A DNA stretch of 63,982 nt, filler included, from Craspedostauros australis (taxonomy: Eukaryota): NCBI GenBank assembly GCA_030167865.1. It is 5 parts of 5 records of this genome, joined end to end, with 100 filler letters (N's around TTAATTAATTAA, not from the genome) between each part and the next. Parts side by side here need not be neighbours in the genome. Positions count along the whole stretch, not along the records: positions 1 to 28,692 come from JALAGF010001943.1; 4 more parts are not named here. One strand, written 5' to 3'. Position numbers and translations under genes: made by a program. Numbering within the stretch: the first letter of the stretch is position 1; each line of letters opens with the position of its first letter. Positions 1 to 11,101 of this stretch are shown here, piece by piece. Under the pieces are notes generated by a model. That model was not told the DNA's origin. It was given only the letters and a program-made list of their open reading frames with translations, and did not search any database.

Positions 1-536
1 CCGGCTTGGTGACGGTCCACCCTCGGAGCGGGGTTCCAGTATTATCGTCGCCTCTTCAGGCGGTCCCTGCACGCTCGCACATGCTCGGATGAGCGGATGA
101 GAATGATAAACCAAGTTACGACACACGTGAAACTGATTTAGAGTGAAAAAGAGTAAAGATGCAGATTATGAGTCTTATCGATGTCGTATACGTCAGTGCA
201 GTTGTCTCATTGCTGTGTTGTCCATGATTGGTAGTGGCGGCTATCGTGTAACGTCGTTTCAACGGTTTCATACATATCCCGGTTTGTTTGCAAAGTCGTA
301 CCCCCGATTCCTGACATTCCATTTCCCCTGTAATTCTGACGAATCACAGTATACTATCGACACGAGTGTAGTTATACCGTCCAAGTGCGTATGAGAGAAT
401 AGCGGGTGAACGATGCACATATACTCGTACATCTCGACATATACTCACATGTACATCTCGACAGACTGCAGAAGATCCATATGAGGTTGCTAAGATTGAT
501 CTGAAGCAGTGCTAGTAGGGACACATGTCCACCTTC

Positions 537-2807
537 TTATTGTATACTCCGGTGTGGTGTCTGGAACGACTGCAAGTTGTCCGCAAACTTCTCAATGATT
601 TGCAGATGCTGACTAAGCCCGTTACCAAGATTTGCGTTGCCGGACGACAACGAATCACCGATTCTCAGCACCGGCGCATTGCCTATCCTGGCATCGGTCG
701 CGGCAGTCAGCGGAACGACGACATCGTTGTAGATGTACGGTGCGGACGAGAACGTGCTTGCAATGGGATAGGAGAAACCGGAATGGGCGCGGAAGTATTG
801 CAGCGCTTGGATCAGATTGTTCTCCTTGAACACTGTCTTGTTCTGAAAAGCCGCGATGGGCAATTCCCGTAAGGGCTTGCCGGTTGCCGTGCCAAGCTGA
901 AAGATTTGATCGAAGACGTCAAACTGATCTGGTGTCAATGACACCACGGCGCACATGGTGGAGAAGTAGGGCCATTCCACCTTCATGCGATTGTAAATGT
1001 CGCGCCGGTAGTGCTTGGAGGCCTCCCATCCCCAGGCCAGTTTGCAGTACGTGTTGCAATCGAAGCCGTCAGTCTCGCCGCATGCTTCTTCGGTGCAGAG
1101 CGGGTGGCTCGATTGCATGACACTCTTCATGTAAGTCTTCCAGGTGCTGTAGATCCCAGTCTCCAGCCTGGCGAATCGGAAATCATTGAGCTTCAGCATG
1201 CGCAATTCGAATGCATCGCCGTCTGGCGTGATCGGGTACAGCACAGTGCCCTGCGTTGTTGTTTCTGTCGCGATCCGCGGCAAGAAGTTGAGGTCCTTCA
1301 GTACCGGGTAGTCCGTATCGTCTATGTACCGCCACTCGTATGGTGTCGTGGCGGTGCTGAAAGTGAAGTCCGGCGACCATTCGGCGACGTTGATGGACCG
1401 TTGCGAATCCGCGGCGTGCAGGGTGCGCCTCAGAGAGGAGCGGTTGTCAGCGTCCACCTTCGTGCCAGTCCGCTGAAGCGTGTCCATGCGATGACCGGAG
1501 GCATCAAAGACGATGAGGTTCGGCACATCCTGAAGCAGATGCCGGTGCGCTCGGATATCGTCAAAGAGGAACTTGACGCCGAGATCGCGGTTGGAGAGCA
1601 GCAGGAGCGTTTCGATGACCATGAGTGGCAAGTTGACGAGGCGTTCCTTCTTGGCGGCATCCTTGCTAGCAGCATTGTTGCTGCTCTGATTCTCAGCATG
1701 CGCGGTCGTATTCGTGGCCGCTTTCCGCATCACGACCTCGTCGAGGTAGTTGACGACGCGCGGATCTCCCCGCGTGAAAGTGCTGAAGCCGATCTCGGTA
1801 ATCCAATCTCTGGAATAGGGCTCCTTGCGACCCGGATGTTCCACCCGTTTTTCGAACATGAGGATGCGGATCGATTGATTCTCCTTGACGTGGTTGAGGA
1901 CGTTGGCCAGATGCAGCCCCACTGGTCCTGTACCAATGATCACGATGTTGAGCGTATCCGGTGTGAAGTGCTGCTGGATGACTTGCTGCGCCGTATACTT
2001 GGGCGTCGGCAGTGCCTGTTGCGTTGCTTCGTTCGCATCCGGCGGGCCGTCGCAAACATACCGCGAATCCAACCGCACCGTGCACCGAGGTGCTCTGACC
2101 AGCTGCTGTATCGTGCCCCAGCACACAGTCGAGAACATGTCGTCTTCCACCGCATTGATGGATCGCGAACATCGTTGCGTGATGGTCTCGAAGTACTCGT
2201 CGATGGCGCTGTCCTCATCCCATATGAGTGGCTCCAGTCCCGACGGTGCATCTTCGACAACTTGACTGCTGCTTTCACTGGTACTTTCACTGGTTGCTGC
2301 TGCTACTGTTGCTGCAGTCTGATTCGGCAGCGTTTCGAGGTATCGGAATCTTTCGAGGAGTCGGTCGCGTTGCTGATCTCGCTGCGTCTGTGCCTGCGTT
2401 CGGACATCCTGCTCGTTCGCGATGATCATGTTCCATGACTGAGTGTGCAGATGGATCAATGGACGCGACGCCCGTCGGTACTGTTCGATGAAGTCGTGGC
2501 ATATTGCGTCCCAACCGATTGAGCTGCGCACGTAGCGCCTCTCCGTTTCGGACGATGACGGATCAAATGATATCGATGTCAGCATGCGCAGGGATGTGGA
2601 TTCCGATGTGACGTGCAGGTAGGCGGCCTCCAGGACCATGACGATCATCAGCGTGTGCATCCACCACCGTCGCTGCCATCGGTGCATCATTTGCGTCTTC
2701 AGATTGGGGGCCATGGTGCGATATCGGCTCGACGCTGCACCTGTTCTTCTCGTTCTTGACGACGGCGATGATGGTGGTGTTGAGGTTGATGACGGTGGGA
2801 ATGACAT
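537..2807 (-). CDS. FAD-dependent oxidoreductase/monooxygenase-like protein with N-terminal hydrophobic segment (paralog 1)
   Basis: 756-aa ORF. Rossmann motif NIVIIGTGPVG...FEKR, DG-like motif LIVFDASG and C-terminal GD motif VLRIGDSLSSGNANLGNG. Hydrophobic stretch TLMIVMVLEAAYL near the N-terminus. Clear homology to the neighbouring ORF. The true start may be a downstream ATG. Confidence 0.8.
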   Translation of the reverse strand: MSFPPSSTSTPPSSPSSRTRRTGAASSRYRTMAPNLKTQMMHRWQRRWWMHTLMIVMVLEAAYLHVTSESTSLRMLTSISFDPSSSETERRYVRSSIGWDAICHDFIEQYRRASRPLIHLHTQSWNMIIANEQDVRTQAQTQRDQQRDRLLERFRYLETLPNQTAATVAAATSESTSESSSQVVEDAPSGLEPLIWDEDSAIDEYFETITQRCSRSINAVEDDMFSTVCWGTIQQLVRAPRCTVRLDSRYVCDGPPDANEATQQALPTPKYTAQQVIQQHFTPDTLNIVIIGTGPVGLHLANVLNHVKENQSIRILMFEKRVEHPGRKEPYSRDWITEIGFSTFTRGDPRVVNYLDEVVMRKAATNTTAHAENQSSNNAASKDAAKKERLVNLPLMVIETLLLLSNRDLGVKFLFDDIRAHRHLLQDVPNLIVFDASGHRMDTLQRTGTKVDADNRSSLRRTLHAADSQRSINVAEWSPDFTFSTATTPYEWRYIDDTDYPVLKDLNFLPRIATETTTQGTVLYPITPDGDAFELRMLKLNDFRFARLETGIYSTWKTYMKSVMQSSHPLCTEEACGETDGFDCNTYCKLAWGWEASKHYRRDIYNRMKVEWPYFSTMCAVVSLTPDQFDVFDQIFQLGTATGKPLRELPIAAFQNKTVFKENNLIQALQYFRAHSGFSYPIASTFSSAPYIYNDVVVPLTAATDARIGNAPVLRIGDSLSSGNANLGNGLSQHLQIIEKFADNLQSFQTPHRSIQ

Positions 2808-3698
2808 GATGCTGATTGAAATGGTGCTGTTGGTAGTGCAGTCGCTGTTGTAGGTGCAGTTGTGGATTCTTTCGCAGCTGCTTCACTCTCGTGCGATGTA
2901 TGGGATGTTCGGAATGGTGCTGATCGCTCTGTGTCGAAGTCGTCTTTGGTGGCTTTGATTCTTCGTTGGTGAGTGGCAAAGAGTGTCAAAGAGTGACACT
3001 GGTGATCATCAAGCGTAAACGCATCATGTCCCACAGCGACAGTGAAAGCGAGGAGCGAAACGGCATTGATGTACGGAGGTCCCGCAAGGGATGATGTCCA
3101 ACAAGTGATGGACATGGTTGAACGGACAGTGCGTGGCCAGCGAACACACAAAGAGACGAGACAAGATCGTCGGATGAATTTGACCTCACAAACTCCCTTG
3201 ATGTTGTGAACGCAACAGTTCCTCTCGGCGAGATCCGACACTTTTTGGCCAATAGCGTGACCAATCATGGTGACCAGGGTTCGGCGACCTCTTCCCTTTT
3301 TTGTTCTTTTTCCGTTGTTGAGTTTCTCCGAGCATGCTTCTAGTACTGAGTTGGCGTGTGCCCGTTTGTCGTCATGTCTCGATTTTTCAAGTCGTTCGCG
3401 CCGGCACAGTCCACAATTTTAGTCGTTTTCTCGCGAGCAAGATAAGGTCGTTCTAGTCGACGATGCCATTTTGGCTGTGCGTTTCAGATGAGTTGTTTCA
3501 TTCGTCTGTTTGTACATATTCGTAGTCGACGTTTGAAAACAGAATGACTGCCACGATGTGAATTGGTTTCAAAACTGACATGCGTTGTGTGTTTGCGCGT
3601 GCACGAGCTAGCTATCATGTTGAATAAAGCAGAGTCATGGAACCAACGATGCTTTGTCTATGCAAGCCTCAGTGTTTATCTATCTATCATCATCACTT

Positions 3699-6245
3699 TT
3701 ACACAGTCGTGTGGAATGACTCCAAGTTCCTGCCAAACTCCTCGATGATCCCCAGGTGCTGGCTGAGTCCGGAGCCAAGATTTGCATTGCCAGAGGACAG
3801 CGTATCTCCAATCCGCAGCAATGGCGCGTTCCCAATCCTTCCCTCTGTCTCGGCGGTTGGTGGCACGACGACGTCGCTGTATATGTACGGTACGTAGGAG
3901 TACAAGCTCGTGATTGGATGCGTGATGCCGGAGTGGCTGGCGAAGAACAGCAGCGTGTAGATCAGGTTGTTCTTGCGGAAGGCGTTCTTGAGGGACATGA
4001 ATTCAACCGGCAGATCGCGAAGGGGCAGGGTCCTGTCCTTGGCATCCTGGAGGAAGTAGTCCAAAATATCGTACTGATCCGGAGTCAGCGACACCATCGC
4101 GCTCATGGTGGAAAAGAAGGGCCACTCTTCCTTCATCCTTTGGTAGATGTCCGGCCGGTAGCCTCTGGATGCGTCCCATCCCCATGACAGCGCGCAGTAG
4201 TCTTCGCAGAGAATGCCATCGACCATGCCACACATCGCCTCGTCGCACAGCGGGTGGTCCGATCGCATGAACTGCCGCATGTACGCATTCCATGAACTGT
4301 ACATGCCTCGCCAGCTTCTCGCAAATCGAAAGTCGTTCAACTTGAGCATGCGGAGTTTGTACGGATCGCCGTTGTCTGTGACTGGATACAGGATGGTGCC
4401 CTGCGATGTTGTCTGCGTTGCGATCTTGGGTAAGACATCGAGCTTCTTCAGCGTTGAGTATTCCGTCTGCCACAAGAACACCCATTTGTAAATTGGGTCG
4501 GAGGTGTTGCGGGCGAGGTCTTTGGACCATTCCGATACAGTGACTTCTGTGTTCGTCGCTGGGAAGGTTGGATTGCTGGTGATGCTATGCACTGTGAAGT
4601 TGTTGTTCACAGAAGATTCAGATGAAACGGAAGGGGCAGGAGCAACGTTCGCAGTGGCGTTGTGTGCACCAAGCCTTTCCAATTTATCAAGTCGATGACC
4701 TGATGCATCGAAAACAACCAGGTTCGGGACATCCGCCAGTAGATGACGATGCGTTCTGATATCCTCGTAGAGGAACTTGACACCCAAGTCACGGTTGGAC
4801 ATGAGAAGCAGCGTTTCGATGACCATCAAGGGTAGGTTTACCTTCCTGTACGCATCGTCATCTGCAATGTCGTAGTTTTCGTCGAGATTTTCAGCGTCGT
4901 CTCCTGCGTTGGTGTCATTTGACGCGGTGGATGCTGTTGCATTGACGGGTGTACCATGTGTTTGATACGCAGGGCCGTACTTGTCCTCTGCGTGTTTGAC
5001 GACTTCATGAAAGTAGTTCATGATGCGTGGATCGCCTCTTCGGAATGCGTTGTAGTTGACCTCGGTGATCCAATTCCGAGAGTACACCTTCTTGCGACCA
5101 GGATGCTCCACCCGCTTCTCAAATACAAGAATACGGATGGCTGCTCCCGTGTCAAGATGATTGAGGATGTTGGCAAGCTGCAATCCGACCGGCCCTGCAC
5201 CGACGATGACGATGTTGAGGGTGTCCTTGGTAAAATGCTCTTGAATGAGCTGTTCGGACGTGTATTGACGGACTGACTGGGATGTGATGGTTGGTGTTTG
5301 TGCTCGTGCTTGTGGTCGCGCTTGCGTGTGTGAATGCGGAGACTGCTGATGTGCTGCGAAAGTGGCATTGGTGCTATATGTCTGATAGTTCGGTTCATCT
5401 CTTGGACCATCGCAGACATACCGCGAATCCAAGCGCAATGTGCAACGAGGAGCGTGGACCAGCTGTTGAACGGTACCCCAGCACTTCGTGGAGAACATGT
5501 CATCCTCCAGCGCATCCGACAGCCGCGAGCAACGCTCCGTCAAGATGTCAAAGTAGTCACCGATGAAGCTTTCCTCGTCCCAAATCAATGGATCCAATCC
5601 TTTCGAGTTTCGGGATTCGGTGCTGTTCCCGCCATCACTGGTACTGTTTGCCTCGCCCGAGGCAACCTTGTCATCGTGAAATCTCTTCAGGTATGGGAAT
5701 TTTTCGAAGAGGTGGGCTTGCTGCTGATCCCAGTTGGCTTCATCGTCCGTTCGCACGTCTTTCTCGCTCGCAACAATCCGTAGCCAGGATTGGGTGTGAG
5801 CATGGATGGATCGGCTGGCTGCCTGCTGGTAGAGTTGGACAAACTGATCAGTGCCAACTGACCAGTTGTTTTCTTCCTTCGAGTCAGGTGCTGGTACTCC
5901 AGTCGGTAAGACCAGTTCTGCGATGCCATCGGCGGGAACACTTGCATCATGCGAGGACGGAGCGGACATCTTGGCGCGATTGTCGCGTTCGGCCTTCCAG
6001 GATGCCGACTTTCGAATGCTCCCATGCCTCTGTCGTTGGCGATACTGGCGTTCCAGTTTCACAGGGCGCTCCATGGGTTTCGTTGGTTTCGCACCGTCGT
6101 GCATGATCGTCGCAGTTGCCACAGCTGGTCGGATCGAAGCATCGTCATGCTGGCCATGCGCCAAACATGCAGCCTCGAGCGCAACGAGGACCAGTAAATG
6201 AAGCCATGCCAGCGCCCATCCTCGACATCTGTGCATGTTGGGCAT
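3699..6245 (-). CDS. FAD-dependent oxidoreductase/monooxygenase-like protein with signal peptide (paralog 2)
   Basis: 848-aa ORF. NIVIVGAGPVG...FEKR, VVFDASG and LLRIGDTLSSGNANLGSG. Signal-like WLHLLVLVALEAACLAHG. Many blocks are identical to 537..2807 (EDDMFST.CWGT, LDSRYVCDGP, NLPLMVIETLLL, LRMLKLNDFRFAR). Confidence 0.8.
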   Translation of the reverse strand: MPNMHRCRGWALAWLHLLVLVALEAACLAHGQHDDASIRPAVATATIMHDGAKPTKPMERPVKLERQYRQRQRHGSIRKSASWKAERDNRAKMSAPSSHDASVPADGIAELVLPTGVPAPDSKEENNWSVGTDQFVQLYQQAASRSIHAHTQSWLRIVASEKDVRTDDEANWDQQQAHLFEKFPYLKRFHDDKVASGEANSTSDGGNSTESRNSKGLDPLIWDEESFIGDYFDILTERCSRLSDALEDDMFSTKCWGTVQQLVHAPRCTLRLDSRYVCDGPRDEPNYQTYSTNATFAAHQQSPHSHTQARPQARAQTPTITSQSVRQYTSEQLIQEHFTKDTLNIVIVGAGPVGLQLANILNHLDTGAAIRILVFEKRVEHPGRKKVYSRNWITEVNYNAFRRGDPRIMNYFHEVVKHAEDKYGPAYQTHGTPVNATASTASNDTNAGDDAENLDENYDIADDDAYRKVNLPLMVIETLLLMSNRDLGVKFLYEDIRTHRHLLADVPNLVVFDASGHRLDKLERLGAHNATANVAPAPSVSSESSVNNNFTVHSITSNPTFPATNTEVTVSEWSKDLARNTSDPIYKWVFLWQTEYSTLKKLDVLPKIATQTTSQGTILYPVTDNGDPYKLRMLKLNDFRFARSWRGMYSSWNAYMRQFMRSDHPLCDEAMCGMVDGILCEDYCALSWGWDASRGYRPDIYQRMKEEWPFFSTMSAMVSLTPDQYDILDYFLQDAKDRTLPLRDLPVEFMSLKNAFRKNNLIYTLLFFASHSGITHPITSLYSYVPYIYSDVVVPPTAETEGRIGNAPLLRIGDTLSSGNANLGSGLSQHLGIIEEFGRNLESFHTTV

Positions 6246-6711
6246 GTCGCGTTCCTTCCGCTCGGCTTATTGCGACGGTGAATGCGATTGAGCCCTCTGC
6301 TCGTGGTGCGGTACTCGTCTCGATGGGACGGTACGCAAGCGCTGCTCGCTTGATCGTTGACGAGTTGCTTGATGCAAGTGTGAGAGTGGAATTTTGTGAG
6401 CTCTGCTGACCTCCATCCTTCAGGAGAAGGACGGAAGAACACATCGACTGTGTTTACCTTCATGGCTGCGCGATGCCGCCATGTTACGGAGAAAGGAGGA
6501 GTCGATGTCCAACAAGCGTTTCGTGCAAATTTTGTGATGCAGGCGTTGTGTTTTGGCCGAGACAAACAGATTCAAAGTATCTTTTGAATCACGGACCAAT
6601 GATTAGTCGTGGCGGGATTGAAATGCGTTGGTTCATTCAAGTTAGACTGCTGTTGGCTATCAAGTATTGCGCACACAACAGACTTGTTGAGCGAAGGCAC
6701 AAGGAACTTAT

Positions 6712-6713
<2 letters not shown>

Positions 6714-6743
<30 letters not shown>
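6714..6743. repeat. (AG)15 microsatellite
   Basis: Perfect AG dinucleotide run, read directly. Confidence 0.95.
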
Positions 6744-6745
<2 letters not shown>

Positions 6746-7097
6746 ATCACTCTGCCTTACTCCATTCCACTGCAATTTTCGACCAACGTGGAGCGTTCTA
6801 CTCAATCAGGAATACATTTGCCGCTGCCTCATCTTCCTTCACGGTATCGTTTCGTAAAATATTTGTACGAGCACGCCCTGTGGCCAAGCAGCGCGTCGAT
6901 TGAGGCCTCTCGCAATGAAGGCTTCGCAAGCCGGCGCGTCGATCGACGGAGCTTCCGAAATGACAACCGCGCGAAGGCACTGTACGAGCTCTGCGAAAGT
7001 GATGCATGTGGCACGATGAGCTTTGGATCCTCCTGCTCTGGAAGGTAGGAGACACTGCGAACAGCTGTCCGGTTTGCGTGATACGGTTTATGGTATT

Positions 7098-9250
7098 GGA
7101 GGTGGTTGTAAGGGTCATAATTTCATAATCTGGGCCTCTCGGCCAATCATATCGCTTCATTTAGGGCACAAGATACCTTTCGGCTCCTCATTGAATTGGG
7201 GGTCAACGTCGACATAACGTCAATCGAAATAATTATGAACTCATTGTCCGCGAATATGAACGCTCCTTGGAGAACGTTCATAATTTCATAATCTCTCTGA
7301 TGAGTCGTGGTAGTCCAAAATTCGTTCTCAACGGCTACATCAGAGCAAAACTTTGTGCTCACACCAGATTGATCCGATGTGCTCTACTGCATATTGATTA
7401 TTCGTTCCCACCCGTTGCATCGCAACTCTCTGTTGCAATTCAACTCCTTCTTTAGATGCACCTAGAGTAACTCTGTATTTATCATCTGATGAACTCCAGC
7501 GGATCATATCTTCCCCACCACCATGACGTCCGCCCTCCAGTATCATTGCCAGCACCAGGCTGCCTTGATTGCCATCATCCTTGTCGTTTTGGAGCATCTT
7601 GCTGCACAGCAGCACCTCCTCATGTGTGCTGTGGCACACTGCATCCTTGACACCATGCCAACAAGTGTGCGAAGGGGTTGGTACCTCAGCTCTGGCATCT
7701 TCCATCATCAAGCGCTATCTTTCTGGTCTTTGATTTGAGAGCATGGCAACTCCATGGAGTTCTACAACTTCATCGGACTCACCAGGCCATCATTCGATTG
7801 ATTGGCATAACTGCTATAGCCCGGCATCGAAGCGTTGCCCGTCGATCCGTGAGACATGGCGCCACCACAACCATCATATATTCACTGTTGTAAGTTTGGC
7901 TACATCGATGTCACTGCCTTTGCAATGAAGTATCTGACTTCCAAGTCAGAATTGAGGAACCATTTCTGGTAGGATCTGCCTTCGTTGGAAGGTCGGAAGA
8001 GATCTTGGAGGATGTAGGGAGCAATGGACATGACAGAGGCTGAAGTTGAGGCAATGGAAGAGCACTCTCGCAAAACAGGGGCTATGGATGACAATTGTAA
8101 CCTGACATACAAAGCGATGAATCTTAAGAAGAAAGCAAAGGAAGATGTGGAATGCATCAACGATGCCCAGAAGCAAAGAAGCTGCGAGTGGGAAGCTACA
8201 ATGGCCATTTGTATCATCAAAGCATTGACAATGAGATGATTGGTGAGGAAACGATTGCACTGAATGCTGCAATGGTTGGGATAGGTACGTTGAGCATTCA
8301 ATGAATGAAGGAGTGGACACCAGCAGCACAGTCGATAGAGAAAGGAAGACGGGGAAGCAGGAAAGTGGCAACGCAAAGTGAATAGTATGGAGATGAACTG
8401 CGGATGGCAAGGGGCAACACATACGTACGTACATACACATCCATCTGGAATATGGCAGTTGAAAACTGCACTTGGGCAAGACACATGTATTTGTGAATGT
8501 GTAAAGCAGCAAGAGATGTGTGAAACTGGAGCTGTGGATGTGTCAGCATACAGCCCCATTCAGCAAGGTTGAGTATAATCCTGCCAATATTGAATTGGAC
8601 AACATGACATTTTAGCAAGCTATGTGGCATGTTGTCCACTAGGCTTAGATATGTGTAGATAGCTCTTACATCACAAGTACATGGCTTGTGTTCACTGTGG
8701 ATGGAACTAATGCTGTCGTTGTTGGTCGATATCAGACTGCGATGGTATCCAACAGTGTGGGTCGTGATGTTGTGACAGCTTTGGTGTTGCGTTGATTCCT
8801 CACGTTGTGGACGATTGGGCTCTGTTGTGTGCTTCCTCCCTTGCGTGTGTTGTGTCAAGTAGCACAGTGTTGTTTGTGGCATCCCTACATGCCCATGTTC
8901 ACGGCAACAGCAACACTTGCGAATACTATGCAGCATAATATTATATAATACAATGGAGCACAGTGACTCATCCTATGGTATGAGAAGTATACTATACTCT
9001 CCACAATATAATAGGATGTACATCATGCTTATCTTAACAATCTGCAGGTGATGACAAGATAACCCCGAACGGGGTGATACGAGGAAAATGGTCGTGGAGA
9101 GAAATGGTGATGCATGGAAGGAATCAATGGATTGACGGGCACTGATTTAGTCTTGGGGGCAGATTTGACTACGGGACTGATGTTCGTGACTTGAAATCGG
9201 GGTGAACGAGGCTGACCAGTTATGAAATTATGACCCTTACAACCACCTCC
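7098..9250. mobile_element. Non-autonomous DNA transposon with 31-bp TIRs and 3-bp ATT target-site duplication (PIF/Harbinger-like by TSD length)
   Basis: GGAGGTGGTTGTAAGGGTCATAATTTCATAA at 7098-7128 has its exact reverse complement at 9220-9250. ATT flanks both ends (7095-7097 and 9251-9253). The interior is more AT-rich and has no intact transposase. Confidence 0.8.
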
Positions 9251-11101
9251 ATTATTCGACCGACGATCAATGCATGAAGGCATGTGTTTTGGATTTGAAT
9301 GGATGAACGCCTGGCCGAAGCCGATGTCCATTCAATCACCAGTGGAACCTCATTGACATCCTCTCGGCGATGTCGGAAGGATCTCACTCATGATCAGGCG
9401 CGCTGGGGCAATTCAGAATACACCAACAAGGTTTCCTTTGCGAGGAAGGGATCGGCGATGGCGAGAACGCATCGCTCTTTGGATGTGTTTGCGTGTGATC
9501 CGAGGACGAGGACGAGGACCAGTAGGCGTATGTATGGGAAGGCGAGAACACAACCCTGTGGAGACAAAAATGTTCAAAGGTTCGACAATGTTCTTCCGAG
9601 AATGTCGCGGTCAGGGGAACCTGTGGGGGTGAGCTGGAGATGACAGCTCCATTTTTACTCTCTCGCCAACCCCTGCATTCACTCGTTTTCCGCGCCCATC
9701 ACCATCTTCAGGATGATAAGCACATGGCGACCTCTCTAGAGAGGGTTTCGCTGGGTGGAATGGCGTCTGCTCCCTGCTTTGTGCTTTGTAACAACACTTC
9801 ATCGTTGTGATTGTTCGTATCTTTGCATCTTTGGGCATCGCCACCTCGCGACCACCAGAGTTCTATCAATGCCTTTCATCCGTTGAAACCCTGTTCCTCT
9901 GCAGAACTCTGCCACACCGCATACAGTGGTCTCAGTGACAACAGCGTGGAGGACATGGCTTGTGGTTTTGTGTTTTTACAAGCAGAATACTATACTCTCT
10001 CGAATTCATGTGTTGGAACCTTCTTGTGTCTTGTTCCACATACAATCCCATGACCATCCTCCACGAACATGTACGAGCTATGATGGCGGTGGCGGTGGCG
10101 GTGGTGGGATGTGTCCATGTCGTCGTTGGCGCCCCATCCCCCTTGGCTGGACACCTTCCCCACGGACACTGGGTGCCGGACGAAGAAGGACACCTGTTTT
10201 GAATTGGGGCTTCTGTGGTTGGGAGCGGCCGCACTCATACTCTAATTTTATCTGTTCCATGGCAGGATGCAGTTGCGTGATGGGCGGAAGAGGCGTCAGA
10301 ATGACGCTCTCCGAAACATCCTCCTCCCCATTCCGCAACCATCACCAAAGACACAAAGCGCAGTGCACGCAAGTCCGCAACACGGCTCCAAGCAATCAGC
10401 AAGGGGGCCGAATCGCCATTGCGCATTCTGCCACAGCGCAAGCCTTGTATGCTTTCAAATTCATCACACATTCGCGGCTCGTACCCGAAAGCGGTACGAG
10501 GCGAAAAGCGTGCACGTTGATACGAAAGGTTGTGATCATTGACACTTGGGGACTCTTCGACAACATCACGTCGGTGGCATGTTCCTCGCCGTCACGCTTA
10601 TGCTGGACATTCTGCGGGTACGAAACAAGAATTGGCGCGCCAGTCCACCGAAGTGTCATTGTGATTCACAAGCTCGCACAAAGATATTTTTCCAATTCCT
10701 TTTGTTGGCAGGTGGAATGCCACACAGACCCGGAGCCGCTTCGCGTATTGCGCATCGTGTAGCAGTATTGGTGCGAGTGTGTGCATGGATGGATGGTCCG
10801 TTGCGCATGTGACAGCTTGCGACAGCATGTGGCCTGTGGACACCGAGACAACGACCTGTCCGTTGCCATGGTCCAAACCACGTCCGCGAATGAGCATTGG
10901 TACCCCGTGATTGACGCTTGGCCAAGCCGATTCTTCGAACATCAAAGCAATCCGCTGTATCTGAGCGGCACCAGTCTCCATCATAAAAACGATCGCCATC
11001 CTCATCAAGTCGCCAACCAGTCAACCAACCAATCAACCAATCCACCACAGAACCCATCAACGCCAACATCAGCATCAACATCAACATCAGAAGCAGCAAC
11101 G

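Noticed and set aside
418..463. Short direct repeats CATATACTC and GTACATCTCGACA
   Set aside because: Only two copies of each, in a 3' flank. Consistent with slippage, with no array structure.
1011..2438. 475-aa plus-strand ORF, and similar long antisense ORFs such as 18905-19687, 20510-21289, 32441-33253 and 57379-58158
   Set aside because: Shadow ORFs lying opposite well-supported GC-rich genes, with no motifs of their own.
9926..10762. 278-aa ORF
   Set aside because: Non-ATG start, composition driven by a GGTGGC repeat, and no protein-like motifs.
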